Assembly (NCBI RefSeq): GCF_006345805.1
Contig: NC_043003.1
Coordinates: 83,700,001-83,764,000 of the forward strand
Length of the DNA: 64,000 nucleotides
Direction: 5' to 3'
Source of the DNA: Octopus sinensis
Taxonomy: Eukaryota
Below the pieces are notes generated by a model. It saw nothing but the letters and a program-made list of their open reading frames with translations. It did no database searches and was not told the DNA's origin. Below are positions 38,141 to 52,183 of the stretch, in pieces (position 1 is the first letter of the stretch; the number at the start of each line of letters is the position of its first letter). The position numbers were made by a program, and so were the translations under genes.

Positions 38141-38809
38141 ATCATCAAACTTCAATTTACAATTTTCAGATAAACTTTGTTATATAGCACTCTGTTATAA
38201 ACCTATAACAAAGTGCATCTTATATACCTTCTTCTCGGAGAGATTCAAAGGGAGATACAGTTTCAACCCTTTTGTTAAGCAACCCACCTGCTCCTGGTTT
38301 TATGATACAAACACCCTGTTTTAAAGTTATCTAAATTAAAAACTTCCATTAAAATATCATTTATGATAATTTATGTTAATTTATGTTCCAAATACTAGCT
38401 TCAAACTGACCAAGTTATTTTACTAAATTATTTATCATTCTGGGTTCAAATTCTGCAACAATCGACTTTGCCTTTCATCCTTTTGGAGCTGATAAAATCA
38501 GTACCGATTGAACACCAGGGTCGATATAATTGACTTAGTCTCTCCCCCAAACCTGCTGGCTTTGTGCCAAAATTTGAAACCATTATTAAGGTGGTAAGCT
38601 GGCAGAATTGTTAGCATGCTGAGTAAAATACTTAGAGCCATTTCATCTATGTTTGTTTTCTGAGTTCTAATTTTGCCAAAGTCGACTTTGCCATTCATTC
38701 TTTCAGGATCGATAAAATACATACCAGTCAAGGACAGGGATCGATGTAATCAACTTATTCCCACCCTCCAAAACTGCTGACCTTGTGCCAAAATTTGAAA
38801 CCAATAATT

Positions 38810-39620
38810 TCACCAAAGCATATTAATGTTTTGGGCTCACTGTAAATACTCACTGAATCAACCCAAATTCTGCCCTTCCAGACTTCAACATCATCTTTTT
38901 GGATACCCCATTAGAGCAAGTTAATTACTTTGCATACCTTGGCAGTGTGCTTTCTACCAAATGCAGTTCTGAGCAAGATATGGAACAAAGAATCAGATAG
39001 CTTAGTCAACTAACAAAACCTGTATTCAAAAACGAAGACCTGACTTTGAAGATGAAGATTATGGTCTACGAAGCTGTTGACATAGCCATACTCTTAAATG
39101 GTTGTGAAACTAGGACCTTGTATCATTGTGACATCAAAAATCTCAAACATTTTCTTCAACTGAAACTTCGTTCTCTCAAGAACATCAAGTGGTTTGACTA
39201 TGCCTCCAATAACTCCATAATGGAAAGAGTGAATTACCAGAGCATCAAATCTCTAATCTTCAAACACCATCCTCGATGAGTCGGCCATACTACCAAGATG
39301 AATGTTGAACAACTTCCTAGTCAAATCCTCTTCAGTGAACTGGAACCAAGGAAAAGACAAAAAGGGCCCCTCTTTGATGCTGTAAAGCCCAGCTAAAGTA
39401 AACTCTGAAGCAGACTAGCTTTGATCCCTTGGCTTTTGAGATAATTGTAACCAACCATCCCGATGACTAACAAAACATAAACGATGATGTAATATCATTT
39501 AAAAGAGAAAAAAATAAGATAAGAGGAGGATAGACAACAACAAGAGAAGGTCTGACAGCAGCAACCATGACAGATTTTGACATTCACATGTGGCCAATGC
39601 AATCATGTGTTAGCTTTGTT
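38810..39620 (+). mobile_element. RTE/BovB-like LINE 3' remnant
   Basis: LEQVNYFAYLGS...KIMVYEAV..LLNGCETRTLY...LPSQILFSEL. Confidence 0.8.
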
Positions 39621-39689
39621 GGCCACATTTGCCACCAACATTAATGGTCCAAATATTTGTCAAGGAGGAGAAATCGATCCCCAAATTCA

Positions 39690-42600
39690 AGGGGCAAGCT
39701 GACAATGATGTATGTGGTGCATGCATGGAAGCGCATAATGAAAATTTGGATAAGATTAATGAAGTTATCAGAGATTCACAACTTACTTTATATGAGAATA
39801 AGTGTATTTATATAAATGCCAGCTATCCATTTTCTAGAATACAAATTTCTTTTTGGAACCCTAATACTAGATCCAGAATGGTCAGCAGCATTACAGAATT
39901 ATTAGCTTCCTGACAATGAAAAAAATCACTTTGAAGATTGCTGGGTAGACCACATTTTATCAATTTCTCATTATTATTTCAAGTAATCAAAAAACTGCTT
40001 TTAACAGTCTCAAATATTATGTTCTTAAGACTATCTACTCTTTGATGTCAGATAATTTATACATGAAACCAATGATTTTGAGGTGACTACTTTGTAGCTA
40101 AGAAATAATTGTCCTTAATCACCCATGAACAAAAACACCCTTCAATGCCATAGAAAGTCTTGATTATTTACTAAAGTATCACAAAGTATAGACTGATTAC
40201 TTGCAAAACTTTTGCAATTGTTTACAACTCAAGAAACCATTGCTTTTATTTGCATTTATCTTCAACTGAAAATAATAAGCTAGTATGTTGATAATTGAAA
40301 TTGTCTGAATACTATTACGACATATAGGAGTAGCCTAATTTTGGTAAAGTAAACGTTATTGCTGATGTTTTTCTTCAGAAATTGTTTTGTATCTTTGAAT
40401 TTCTGTTTATTTTTTTCTTTTCCTGTTTTGTTGAGAACAGGGCAATCCCTTGAGCTAAGATTTTGAGAGAGATTTTTTTTGCTGCTATTTCTAAGAGGTC
40501 AAATGATCCCATAGAAGCTCTCTCATTAGCTTGGGTGTGTAAGATGATAATGTTACAGATTTACAACAGATTACTTTAAACTTTGATGATGCATTCCAAC
40601 AAGCGTTAGCTTCAGATCAGGTTCAAGTGAATGCTAATAGTAATAATTTACAATAAATAACATATTTACTAATGTGCTAGTACAGCCTTCATAAAGTGAT
40701 TAATGCAATTTTGATGATCCTCTTCAACTGGAGTTTTATTAAAAAGGATAATAAATTATTTTCATTTATTCATTTATTTTAGTCATGTTAAAATTCATAA
40801 ACAATAGGATTATTCTCCAAAAGAATCTTTTTATCATTCATGTGGAAACAAAGATGAAAGGGATTCAAAGGTATGCAAATCTGATAATATTAGTGTCATC
40901 AAGTACCATTTTTACAACCTTTCTGTTTTAGATTGTACTTAATATCAACTGCTACAATTACAATGCATGCCTATGTGTTGTTGACACTATGATTCAGAAG
41001 GTACAAAAATTTTATTTTTTCTTCTCTTGCTATTAATATGAAAATAATCCATTCAATCTACTGCTGTAATTACAATGGCTTCTTTCATACACTAAGTTCT
41101 TAAAGGTTTTTCTCTTTAAGTCATTCAAATTTCATATCAGATTATTATCAACACTGACTGATCTTTTTGTTACCTTCATTGCTTTAACACTTTTGTTGCC
41201 ATATTTCAGTTGAAATACGCTGGTTCTGCTTCAATTAATTTTGGAAATAATGATGAATGTAGTTAAATAAATTTGTCATTTAGCGCTCTTTAGTTTTGGA
41301 CCACAAGCCCAATCAGCCCCCGGAGGAGCTAACTTAAAAGTCCACACAGAGCATGGCTTTTAAGTTAGTTATTCATATAAAGTAAAGCAAGTCACATTTT
41401 ATCAATTTCGCATTACTCTTGTAAGGAATCACAAAATTGCTTTAAATAGTCTCAAGTCTTACATTCTTAAGACTATCTACTCTTTGAACAATTGATGCAT
41501 TTGAGATAATTTGCACTTGAAACCATTACACCTGCAATAACTGCTATATTACAGCAAATTTTACATTTATTTTTCAAAAGCATTAATTACTTGTTTTCAA
41601 AAGCATCCTTCAATTCCATAGAAAATGTTGGCGGTTTGTTAAAGTGTCACAAAGTACAGACTGGTGGTGACTTGCAAAACTTTCACAGCTATTTACATAT
41701 CAAAAGAGTATTACTTTTATTTCCAACAAACATTTATTTACAATCAAAAGAAATAAAATGGTATGTTAGCAATTGAAATTATTTGAATATATTTAGGGCA
41801 AATGATATGATTTTGGAAGAGAAAAAGTTATTGCTGATGTTTACTCCAGAAATTCTTTTGCACCTTTGAATTTTTGTTTTCATCTTGTTTAAGAGATCAC
41901 AATCTCTATGGTGCTCAGATTTTGAGAGAGATTTTGGCTGTCATTTCTAAGAGGTCAGATAACCACATAGAAATTCTCTCATTGGCTTGTGCATGTAGGA
42001 TATTCTTGTTACAGATTTACAACAGAGCAATATACAGTGAAGATTATTAGAAAAGGGTGTATTCAAGTTTGATGATGCATTCCAGCAAACATAAGCTTCA
42101 GAAGAGTTTTAAATGAATTTTAATTACAATAATTCACAATAAACAACATATTTGCTAATATGTTATCAGAGCCTTCATAAGGTAATAAATATAATTTTTA
42201 ATTCTCTTCAACTACAATGATATTAGCCCAGATGATAATTTATTTTCATTTATATATTTATTTATTTTTGTGGTGGTAAGATTCATAAAGAGCAGAACAG
42301 TTCTTCAAAGAAATCATTTAATCATTCATGTGGAAATAAAGAGGGAAGGTACCCAAAGGTATGCCAATCTAATGATATTGATGTCATCAAGTATCATTTT
42401 TACGACCTTTCTCTTCTGATTGTCCTTAAAAATCAACTGCTACAACTACAATGCATGCCTATGTGTTGACATTGTGATTTAGAAAGGACAAGAAGTTTTT
42501 ATTTGTTTCTCTCTTGCTATTAATATGAAAATAACCCATTAAATCTATTTCTATAGTTATAATGGCTTCTTTCATACTCAACACCTTAAAGTTTTTTCTC

Positions 42601-44190
42601 TTCAACAATGAGAAAGTTTATGTCAGATTTTCAACATTGGATGACCTCTGTGTTGCTTTTATTGCTTTAACACTTTCCTTGCCATGTCTCTGTTGAAATA
42701 CACTACTTCTGTTTCAATTAATTTCGAAAATAATGAAGAATAAATTTGTCATTATTCAGTTGGTGCTTGGAACATAAATTAACTTGAAATCTGAATGGAA
42801 CAAAGTCACCATTTTGGGGAGGGGTAAATCAATTATGTCAACCCTAGTTCTCAACGGCTACTTGTTTAATTGACTCCCAAAGAATGAAAGGCAAAGTCAA
42901 TTTGAGCTCAGAACTAAAGGACAGATGAAATGCCTGCAGGCATTTTAATTGGCATGCTTATGATTTTGCCAGTTCACCGTATTAATATAACACTACATAA
43001 TGATCAACATTTTATGACATTTGAAAATAATGGAAAATTGTATCGGTCTTGTAAACTACCTTTCGGGTTGAAGAATTCTGAAGCTTTATTTCAAAGGATA
43101 ATTAATAACATAATTACTGTCAGTTATCTAAATGCCGTGGTTGCTTATATTGATGATGTGGTGCATGCATGGAAGTGCATTACCAAAATTGAGACAAGAT
43201 TAATAACACTCTCAGAGATACACAACTTACTTTATATGAGAATAAATGTTTTTATATGAATTTCCAACTATCCATTTTCTAGAATACAAAATTTCTTATG
43301 GAACTCTAAAATTAGATACAGAATGATCAGTAGTATTATGGAATTATTGTCTTCCTGACAATGAAAAAAATCACTTTCAAGATTATTGGGTCTGTTCTCA
43401 TACCATTCCAGATGAATTCCTCATTATTCATATAAAGTAAAGCAATCCACATTAATCAATTTCTCATTACTCTTATATGGAATCACAAATCTGCTTTAAT
43501 TAGTCTCTAGTTTTACATTCTTAAGACTATCTTAAGACTCTTAAAATAGTTGATGCATTCGAAATAATTTGTACTGGAGATAATTTGTACTATGAAAGTA
43601 GTTGGTGTTAGGAAGGACATCTTGTCATAGAAACCAAACCAAAAAGAAATGCGAGTAAGACATGGTCCTCTGACTCATCTAGGTGAGCATACCTCTGAAT
43701 ATGTACTGAGTTCAACTGTAGCAAAATGTGAATATAAAATGATGATGATGGAGGTGGAGGTGGTGGCAGCGGTTGAGGCGATGGTGGCGGTGGCAGCAGC
43801 AGCAGCAGTGGCAGAAGTGGTGGTGGCAGTGGTGGAATTGGTGGTGGTGGTGGTGGTATTTTTCAAGCACATTAATTACTCATGAACAAAACCTTCCTTC
43901 AATGCCATAGAAAGTCTTGGACATATATTAAACTATCACAAAGACAAAAGTGGTTACTCATAAAACTTTTACAACCATTTATAAATGAAGAAACTATTAT
44001 TTTTATTATCAACAAGTATTTAGTTACAATTCAAAATAATAAGCTAGTATGATGGTAATCAAAATTGTCTGAATACATTCAAAACATATAGCATGATCTT
44101 GGGAGAGAAAACATTATTAATATTTTCTTCAGATTTTGTTTTGCATATTCAACTTTTCTTTCTCAATTTTATGGATATCTTTGCCATTCT
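39690..44190 (+). repeat. Tandemly repeated ancient Gypsy remnants (RT-RNase H, short repeat, gag-protease), period about 1.5 kb
   Basis: KLPFGLKN..FQRII..AYIDD (ORF 42930-43259); RNase H end ..NVIADV.FR three times; identical internal junctions at about 40460 and 41920. Confidence 0.7.
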
Positions 44191-45254
44191 GCTCTATGTC
44201 AGTTTTATTATTACGTGAAAACTGAAAATATACCTTTTGGTAAAGATAATGAGTAAGAAGTATAAATAAGAAACTATGTGCCTCTGGGAATGATTGTGCC
44301 CGGATTAATTTATTTTAATCAAATTTTGCCAAATTAATATGAGCTATTGTGGTTAGGGTGTTAGCATCCTGGTCGTAAGATTGTGGTTTCAATTCCTAGA
44401 CCGGGTGACGCGTTGTGTTCTTGAGCAAAACACTTCATTTCACGTTGCACCAGTCCACTCAGCTGGCGAAAATGAGTAACGCTGCGATGGACTGGCGATA
44501 TTGGTGGTGGCGGCGGCGGCGGCGGCAGCGGTGGTGGCGGTGGCAGCGGCGGCGGTGGTGGCGGTGGCAGCAGCGGCGGCGGTGGCGGTGGTGGTGGCTG
44601 ATGAGGGTTGATGATAATGACGATGTTGACGACCATGTTGGCAACAATGATGATCATGGCAATGATGATGATGGTGGTGGTGGTGGTGTGGTGGTGGTGG
44701 TGTGGTGGTGGTGGTGATGATAACAGAATTAATCTAGGACAAAAGAATACAGTAAATCTTTGAGACTCTAAATGTTTCCCAAATAAAACTTATAAACATG
44801 ATGAATTACTTAAAAAATTTAATAAAATTTGAGAAAAGAAACAGTTCTTTTGAACTTGATTCCCAAGTGAACATTTGGGTTCAGACATTAACTTACAAAC
44901 GATTTATATCAAAACCAGTCTGTTGTATGTCTGCCTCAATATTTGGATATTTCAGTTACAGAGAATGTTGTGCAATGTGAAATTTGCCATGTGTGTGAGT
45001 GTGTGTGTGTGTGTGCACATGCATGTGTGTGTGTGTGTGCATGTGTGTGTGTGTAATATTTTATATGTAACATTAGTCATGATGTGCATGTCTTAGCTTG
45101 TCTATTAAATATGGTTATAGAAATGGCTGAAGTCTCAAATCATTGAACAAAACAATAGAATGTATTTTTTTTTTGTTTACACAAAGGCAACCAATTTAAT
45201 TCATGAGAACAATATTTTTGTCAACTTCCTATGTTGAAAATACAGTAAATTGGC

Positions 45255-45482
45255 AAATGTCTTTGTGAGACACTTGTAAAGTCTGAGTGTCCAACAGTTT
45301 TGCATTCATAAAGCACTTAGCTTTATGGCCAATTCATCAGACTCAAATAGCAAAGGGCATATCATAATTTTACTGCCACAGTTTGAAGAGGTATATGCCC
45401 TTTGCCATTAAAGTCTGATGAGTTGTCCATAAAGCTGTGCTTTATGGATGTAAAACCATTGGTCACTCTATGACCAGACATT
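45255..45482. repeat. Inverted repeat made of two degenerate hammerhead-like motifs
   Basis: Minus 45285-45344 and plus 45411-45468, each AGT-CTGATGA-hairpin-AAAC-..G(T/A)C-ACTC. Confidence 0.7.
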
Positions 45483-45514
45483 TACTTAACTGCATATAAA
45501 AATATATATATATA

Positions 45515-45900
45515 CATTGGGTTATCCCATAAATAATGCCGTTTTTTATACTTCTTTTAATTTTCAAAATTAAGATAAACAAAGTTCTTTTTTAATCTAA
45601 AAAATAAACCCCCTCATTTTCTACACTGCTCTTCCATTTATCTGGTAGACTTGCAAAGCCTCTCTTCCAAAATTTACTTGTCCATGACAAAAATTACTCC
45701 TTCAGACTGTTCTGACCTCGTCTACAGAATTCATATTTTTCCCATCCAAATGATTTTGAAGGAATAAATGATAATTAGATGGAGCAATGTCTGGCGAATA
45801 TAATGGGTGGGGTATCGTTTCCCATTCAAGCTTCTCCAGCTTTTAGAATGTCATCCTCGTTGTATGTGGCCGAGCATTATCCTTATGGAAAAATACCTTT
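45515..45900 (-). mobile_element. mariner transposon 3' fragment with TIR
   Basis: FFHKDNARPHT...PHPLYSPDIAPSNYHLF; TIR cattgggttatcccataaataatgc after TA. Confidence 0.88.
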
Positions 45901-47614
45901 CATTTTGAAACCAAAGTGTAGTATCTGATGTGAACTTACCCACTAGCATATATAATAAAATCACGGGATATTGAGTAATATAATGAATTAAAGTGCATTG
46001 CATATGTTGTAAGCTATATGGTATGGTATGTGGTATGCTACAAGTAGTTACTATCCTACAAATAATCCTATCTAGTTAGTCTGACTTCATCATGCTTTTG
46101 GTGATTAAACTACTTTCTATGATGTTCTACCCTACTTTTGTATGTTGTATGTTGTATTTTGTATGTTGTAATGGCTTTTATATAAGTAAGCCTCCTAATT
46201 ATATACTCCTGTGAAATTATAAAATCATGTATGTAATAGCAAATAGCAAAGGTAACATTATAACTTATTAAATATCCTTTTGGTCTGAATACCTCCAACT
46301 GCCCCCACTACTACTACCATACTTATTGCTTCTTCTGTGAGGTTATTTTCATCTCTCTCCTACCTCAAATTTTAATACTCTGTCTCTTTAAAATGTAAGT
46401 TATATATTTTTCTTACTATTCTCTATACTTTCTTCTTCTTTTTTTTTTTTTGATATCTTCACCTATTAACCGCTTATTCCTTATAAGCTGTTATTGTTCT
46501 TAAACAGAGATATAAACTTTCTAGTTACTTAAGTCTATAAGAGTTGATTATAACATATCCATAATAAAGTATAAATATTTGTGTATATTTGCATGTGTGC
46601 ACATAGTTAAATATGTGTGTGTATCTGTACACAACTTATTCTTTTCTTCGGTTTTTTTTTCTCTGATTCTTAGCTTATAATTAATATATAGATAGCATGA
46701 TTTATCGCCCCAGTATTCCATAAGTTAATACCCAGAGCAGTCTTTATAGAAACCACCTAACAAGTAAATAATTAACTACATGAATGAATATTAAACTAAT
46801 TCTATATAATCTTCCCTTTCTAGTGTTGAAAATTGGTATATATATACACATTTTATCTATTTTGGTTATATCGTTTTTGATAATCTTAAATTTTATCATT
46901 ATACAGCATAACAATATTGTTTATATACAATCATCCGTATTACCCCATGATAATTTCCTCTGTATTAACATCATAGGTTTAATTAGCTTCTTGCCCCTTT
47001 AACTGGTAATTATTATCTTGATTTGGGGGTCTTCCCCTACCCAGCCTCCTTTATAGTTACTTTATACTAATCCTAGAAATCTTGACAATATTTATGACCG
47101 TACCCAGCTATATGCTGTCAACTCACTCCTGCCCACCATTCTAAATAGACACAGTCCTATAGTCTTAGATTTGGTAGTTGATAAAAGGACTAATAAATTA
47201 AAAATGAACCACAATCCTTTACAAGCTATGACCCCAACAAACTTCATACAATTCTTAGAAGTCTAGTATATCCTTAGCTACATTAGTGGCAACATGGACT
47301 TTTTCTGTCTTCTTGCTCTATTAGAGCATTTGAGTAAAATTATATTAATGTGTCCAACTGATTAAAAATTCTATTTATTTATTTATGCAGCTGAGGATAG
47401 TCCTGCATTTAAATTGATGTAATGACAGCATTGTTCAATTAAATGGAGCCGCTTGAAATGGTTGTACTGCATTACCTCTTGATAGCCTGTTGATTATTTT
47501 GATTTTATTCCCCTTACTTTGAGTTGTACGGATAAAACCGCACTGATTTGGTACTTCAACTTAAGTACCTAATACATCTGAATCTCAATTATTTCTTATA
47601 TATATATATATATA

Positions 47615-47648
<34 letters not shown>

Positions 47649-47804
47649 CATACATATATATTTCGTTTTTGTATTTGGTTTACGAGATTCTTTATGTGAA
47701 TTCGTGTGTTGAAGCATATTTCATATTGTCTGGGGAGAGTCATTCTCTTTTAGTGCCTTATTACTTAACACACTCAGCGGTTCGATTTCCACTCATACAA
47801 CAAT

Positions 47805-47842
<38 letters not shown>

Positions 47843-48189
47843 CTTCGCTTTATTGAATCCCATCTAATTCATTCTAATTAAGGCCTAAATAGATGTTAAC
47901 TAACATGAATTGATATTAACTACTATCAATACAAGTTGTGTGGTTATTGTAATCTTAAGATATGTGTTGTTCTAAGTTATGTTGAAGAATTAGAAGTATT
48001 AGAACTATACAAGCTGTGATATTGATTCAAAACAGCAAACTGACTGAGCTATTAGAGCATTATATAAATTGTTTAAAGTATTTAATTCTGGCTTTCTGCA
48101 TGCTGAGTTCAAATCTCATTGAGATCAACTTGGCATTTTATCTTATCAGGGTTAATAAGTAAAGAATCAGCCCTGTACTGGAAATCAAT

Positions 48190-48191
48190 TC

Positions 48192-48234
<43 letters not shown>

Positions 48235-48456
48235 CCTCTCTCTTTTTCTTCTCTTCTTTCTGTATCTCTCTCTCTCCCTTCTTTCTACCAATCTTTCTCA
48301 CTTTCCCCTTCTTTCCCTCTGTCTGGCTCTCTCACTTCCTTCTCTCTCTCTCTCTCTTTCTTTCTTCTCTTCTTTCTGTATCTCTCTCTCCCCCTTTTTT
48401 CTGCCAATCTTTCTATCTTTGCCCTTCTTTCTCTCTGTCTGGCTCTCTCACTCACT

Positions 48457-48506
<50 letters not shown>

Positions 48507-48539
48507 CTCTCTCTCCCCCATCTCTCTCTCTCTCCCCCA

Positions 48540-48570
<31 letters not shown>
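48190..48570. repeat. (CT)n-rich tract with an internal tandem duplication of about 120 bp
   Basis: tctttttcttctcttctttctgtatctc...tctgtctggctctctcact occurs twice. Confidence 0.85.
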
Positions 48571-48571
<1 letters not shown>

Positions 48572-49178
48572 CAAGCTGTTTCTGAAAATGACATCTAACA
48601 AAGTTCTGTACATATCTAAATTTCAAACTTAATAATCTGTTTTTCTTTAAGCTGCTAATGTTCCCAAGGCAATATTACAAGCATAACGTTAACCTTTTAC
48701 ATGCCCCCCACATTTTTGTAAATTTCTGTCTTCATATGTTTACGCATGCATGTTTGTGTCAAGTAAATCCTGGTGCACATTTGTTTGTCTTCTCTTACAC
48801 TTCTTAGTCAGTCTAAGGAGGAGAGATATGTCCTACATTACCACAATCATATCGTTGTCACAAATCAAGTTTATACAAATATTACTTATCAACTTTCATA
48901 TCAAGATCACAGTAGCATATTACTCAGTGGGCAAAGCTGCCCACTCAGGCATGTTCTGACTTTGTAATGACTAGACAACTGTAACTGATGTGACTGTACT
49001 ATTTACATAAATCTTCAGTTGATGTTAGTTTCTTGTTTCAATTCTGTGGGTTCCTTTGTTTTTGTTTTGTTTTGTATTTTTTTCAATTTTGTTTCTAAAA
49101 TTAGTTGAGCTATTTCTTTTACTTTTTTCTTTTTCTTCAATGTTTTTCAAGTAATGTTTACTATCATATACAATTTAC

Positions 49179-49242
49179 TGGTGTAGTGGTTAAGAGCGCG
49201 GGCTAATAACCCCAAGATTCCAAGTGAGATTCCAGGCAGTGA

Positions 49243-49330
<88 letters not shown>

Positions 49331-49422
49331 GGTGGTGGTGGTGGTGGTGGTAGTGTTGGTGGTGGTGGTGGTGTGTGGTGGTGGTGGTGTGGTGGTGGTG
49401 GTGGTGGTGGTGGTGGTGGTGG

Positions 49423-49459
<37 letters not shown>

Positions 49460-49615
49460 AATAATAATAACATTGAAAAATACCTTAGGAATGAGAACCC
49501 AGGTTTGAAATTTCCCCAAGACACCTGATGAAGGCTGGAGGTATATCAAGCGAAACGTGTTAACAACAAACAAAATGAGGACAAATATCTGTCAAATGTC
49601 AATAATGTGAATAAT
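49179..49615 (+). mobile_element. tRNA-headed element with central microsatellite and Penelope-type hammerhead-like tail
   Basis: A box tggtgtagtggttaagagc, B-box-like gtgagattcc; tail acacCTGATGAaggctgg...agcGAAACgtgt. Confidence 0.55.
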
Positions 49616-50608
49616 TTACTTGTCTGTTTATCATAGAATAGTTTTTTTTTTCTTTTCTAAGACTATTTTCTTTATTATATTTTGTAACTCCATTTTCATT
49701 TTTCTACCTTGTATTTTTTTTTTTTTGTGTGTGTACCCCCACCTTAGTTTTCATAGACTCTAGTTTAAACTTTATTGCTTCTATCACCTGTCACTTTCCT
49801 TTGGTCAGGAAAGACAGGCTGTTTTTCTCTGTCTGATGGCTATGGTGAAAGAGGTTGTGTGATAGATGAGGTTGAAAGAACTCAAGAGAGATACATACCT
49901 CTTTGGCCAAGCTCTCACCAATTAGAATTCCAAAAGGAAGGTGAGAGCTGAGAGGGATGTGCTGCCCCAGTAAATTTGTTGAAAGGTGGTTGAATGTGGT
50001 TAGAATGATCCAAGTGAGTGGACCCACTCTAAGTTGATACCTATAAGCTGAGGAGTAAGAAGAGAGGAACACCTGTGGTGGTACTCCTAGTAAGTAGGGT
50101 GGCTTCAAATCTGTGAAACTCCTTGGTTGCACCTGGGTGGTGTTTTCCTTGCTATTGGGTAGTTCGTGTGCAAAATATTTTATTTTATTATTATTGTTTC
50201 AATTATTTACATGTTTTTTTTTATGTAAATCCTCACTGTCCTTTGCCTGTGTGTTGTCCTAAATGTTCCTCGCAACCATTGTAGCCAATAAAGAAAAAAA
50301 GATCATTGAACGAACCACCCATGTTTCCAAAGGTGAATTATCCAAGCCTCCAACAAACTTCCTTGCAACACATGACTATGATGCTCCCCCACTACTTCTG
50401 CTCATGATCAGAGATGCACATATTGTCAGCCACTAAGGGACATGGCCAACTGGTTACGGTCAAGCAACTGACAAGCAAATCTATGGTATTGAGCAGAATA
50501 TTTGCTGTAGCCCATTTTTTATACCAAGACAAAACAATGTACATGATAACACTTCCAATCAGTAGGGCATTTATTATTATCATTATTATTATTATTATTA
50601 TTATTATT

Positions 50609-50755
50609 CAGTAGTTTTATTTTTATAGCGTGCTTTCACTTCACTACCGAGCGCAGCTCTGTGTGCCTTGGGTATGTGCTGTGATTTGTTGTGATGCTCT
50701 GATGGTTATTGTATGGAAAGTGTTCTGCGTAGGATGTGTGCAGTGCCTAGTAGTG

Positions 50756-50809
<54 letters not shown>

Positions 50810-51080
50810 CCCAGATTTTGTTGTAACTCCTGGAGTCTTGCATGCATAGCAGGCTTGCTGCCTGCAGTACCATGCTGTTCTTTTCAACTATCTAATACTT
50901 TCCTGATTATTCTGGCCATGCCAAGGAGGCAAACCTTTTGTAACAGTTCTACTGGGCCCCCTATTTGGATTTCCTTTATATTCCTCTTGATGCTTCCTGA
51001 TACACTCTCCAAGGAACCAACAATGAATGGCACTGTCTCCACCTTCTTCATTCTTCACTGCTGGGCTATTTCATACTAAA
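50609..51080 (-). mobile_element. Two short R4-clade 3' ends (50609-50756 family A; 50810-51080 family B) separated by (TTA)n
   Basis: Near-identical to 20284-20430 and similar to 29840-30090, respectively. Confidence 0.88.
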
Positions 51081-52143
51081 GAAGATTGTATTTATATATA
51101 TTTTCTTTATTATTATCATCATCATCATCATCATTATTTATATCATAAAAACTAATAATTAATTATCTTATCCTTTCAAGGGGCCGATCTTATGCCAGTT
51201 ATTTACGTTGAAAGATTGACTTATAAGAAATGCATTATTGTCTCTCTGATTTTCTATCTTTGTTTATATTTCAAGTACCTTCCTCAGAATCCAAGCTTTT
51301 TCTAAAAGTGACATCTTAGGAAGTTTTCTATATATCTGAATTTCAAATTTAATGATCTATGCTTCTATTTAAGCAGTTACTATTCCCAAGGCCCTTTTAC
51401 AAGTATAATATTAACCTTTTATGTGCCCCACATTTTGTAAACTTTTTTCTTCAAGTTTTCATACCACTCAGTGTTTTCCTTTTTCTTTTCCCACATGCTC
51501 TCTGATGTTACATCAATTATACAATAGAGCTCTTGCTTCTTTCCCAACAATATCAAGTTTACTCCTATGTATCTCATGAGCACATTTGATATCGTAGTCA
51601 CAAAGTAGTTTCACTTCTTCTGACTCTGCTACTGGGTCAGGTTGAAGCTCATATCACTTTTTTGTTCTGTTCAGCTTATATTTCTCACATAACATCCAGT
51701 GCACAATTGTGGCAATGTTATCATGCATTCCTTTGTATCCTGTTTTGTACCAGTCTACCGAACTAACAACGGGGCTTGTTGTTTCTCCTTTTATTCCTCA
51801 CTCTCTATAACAATTATTATTATCATTATTAATATCATTATTATATTATTATTATTATTATTATTATTATTATCATTATTAATATTATTATTATCATTAT
51901 TATTAGGGCAGTGAGCTAACAGAATCATTTGCATCTCAGACAAAATGCTCAGTGGCCTTTCATCTGGTTTCATGTTCGGAGTTCAAATTCTGCTGAGGTC
52001 AACTTAGCCATTCATTAGGGTCGATAAAATAAGTACCAGCTAAGCTCTGGGATCAATGTAATCGACCCTACCCACAAATTTTAGGCCTTGTACCTACAGT
52101 AGATAGGATTAACATTATTATTATTATTATTATTATTATTATC

Positions 52144-52183
<40 letters not shown>

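Noticed and set aside
46000-47350. Penelope or other ORF remnant
   Set aside because: Too degenerate to assign a motif with confidence.
49179-49246. Genuine tRNA gene; likewise the heads at 6640-6705, 7255 and 17035
   Set aside because: No complete cloverleaf; each is fused to a repeat body, so they are SINE heads.
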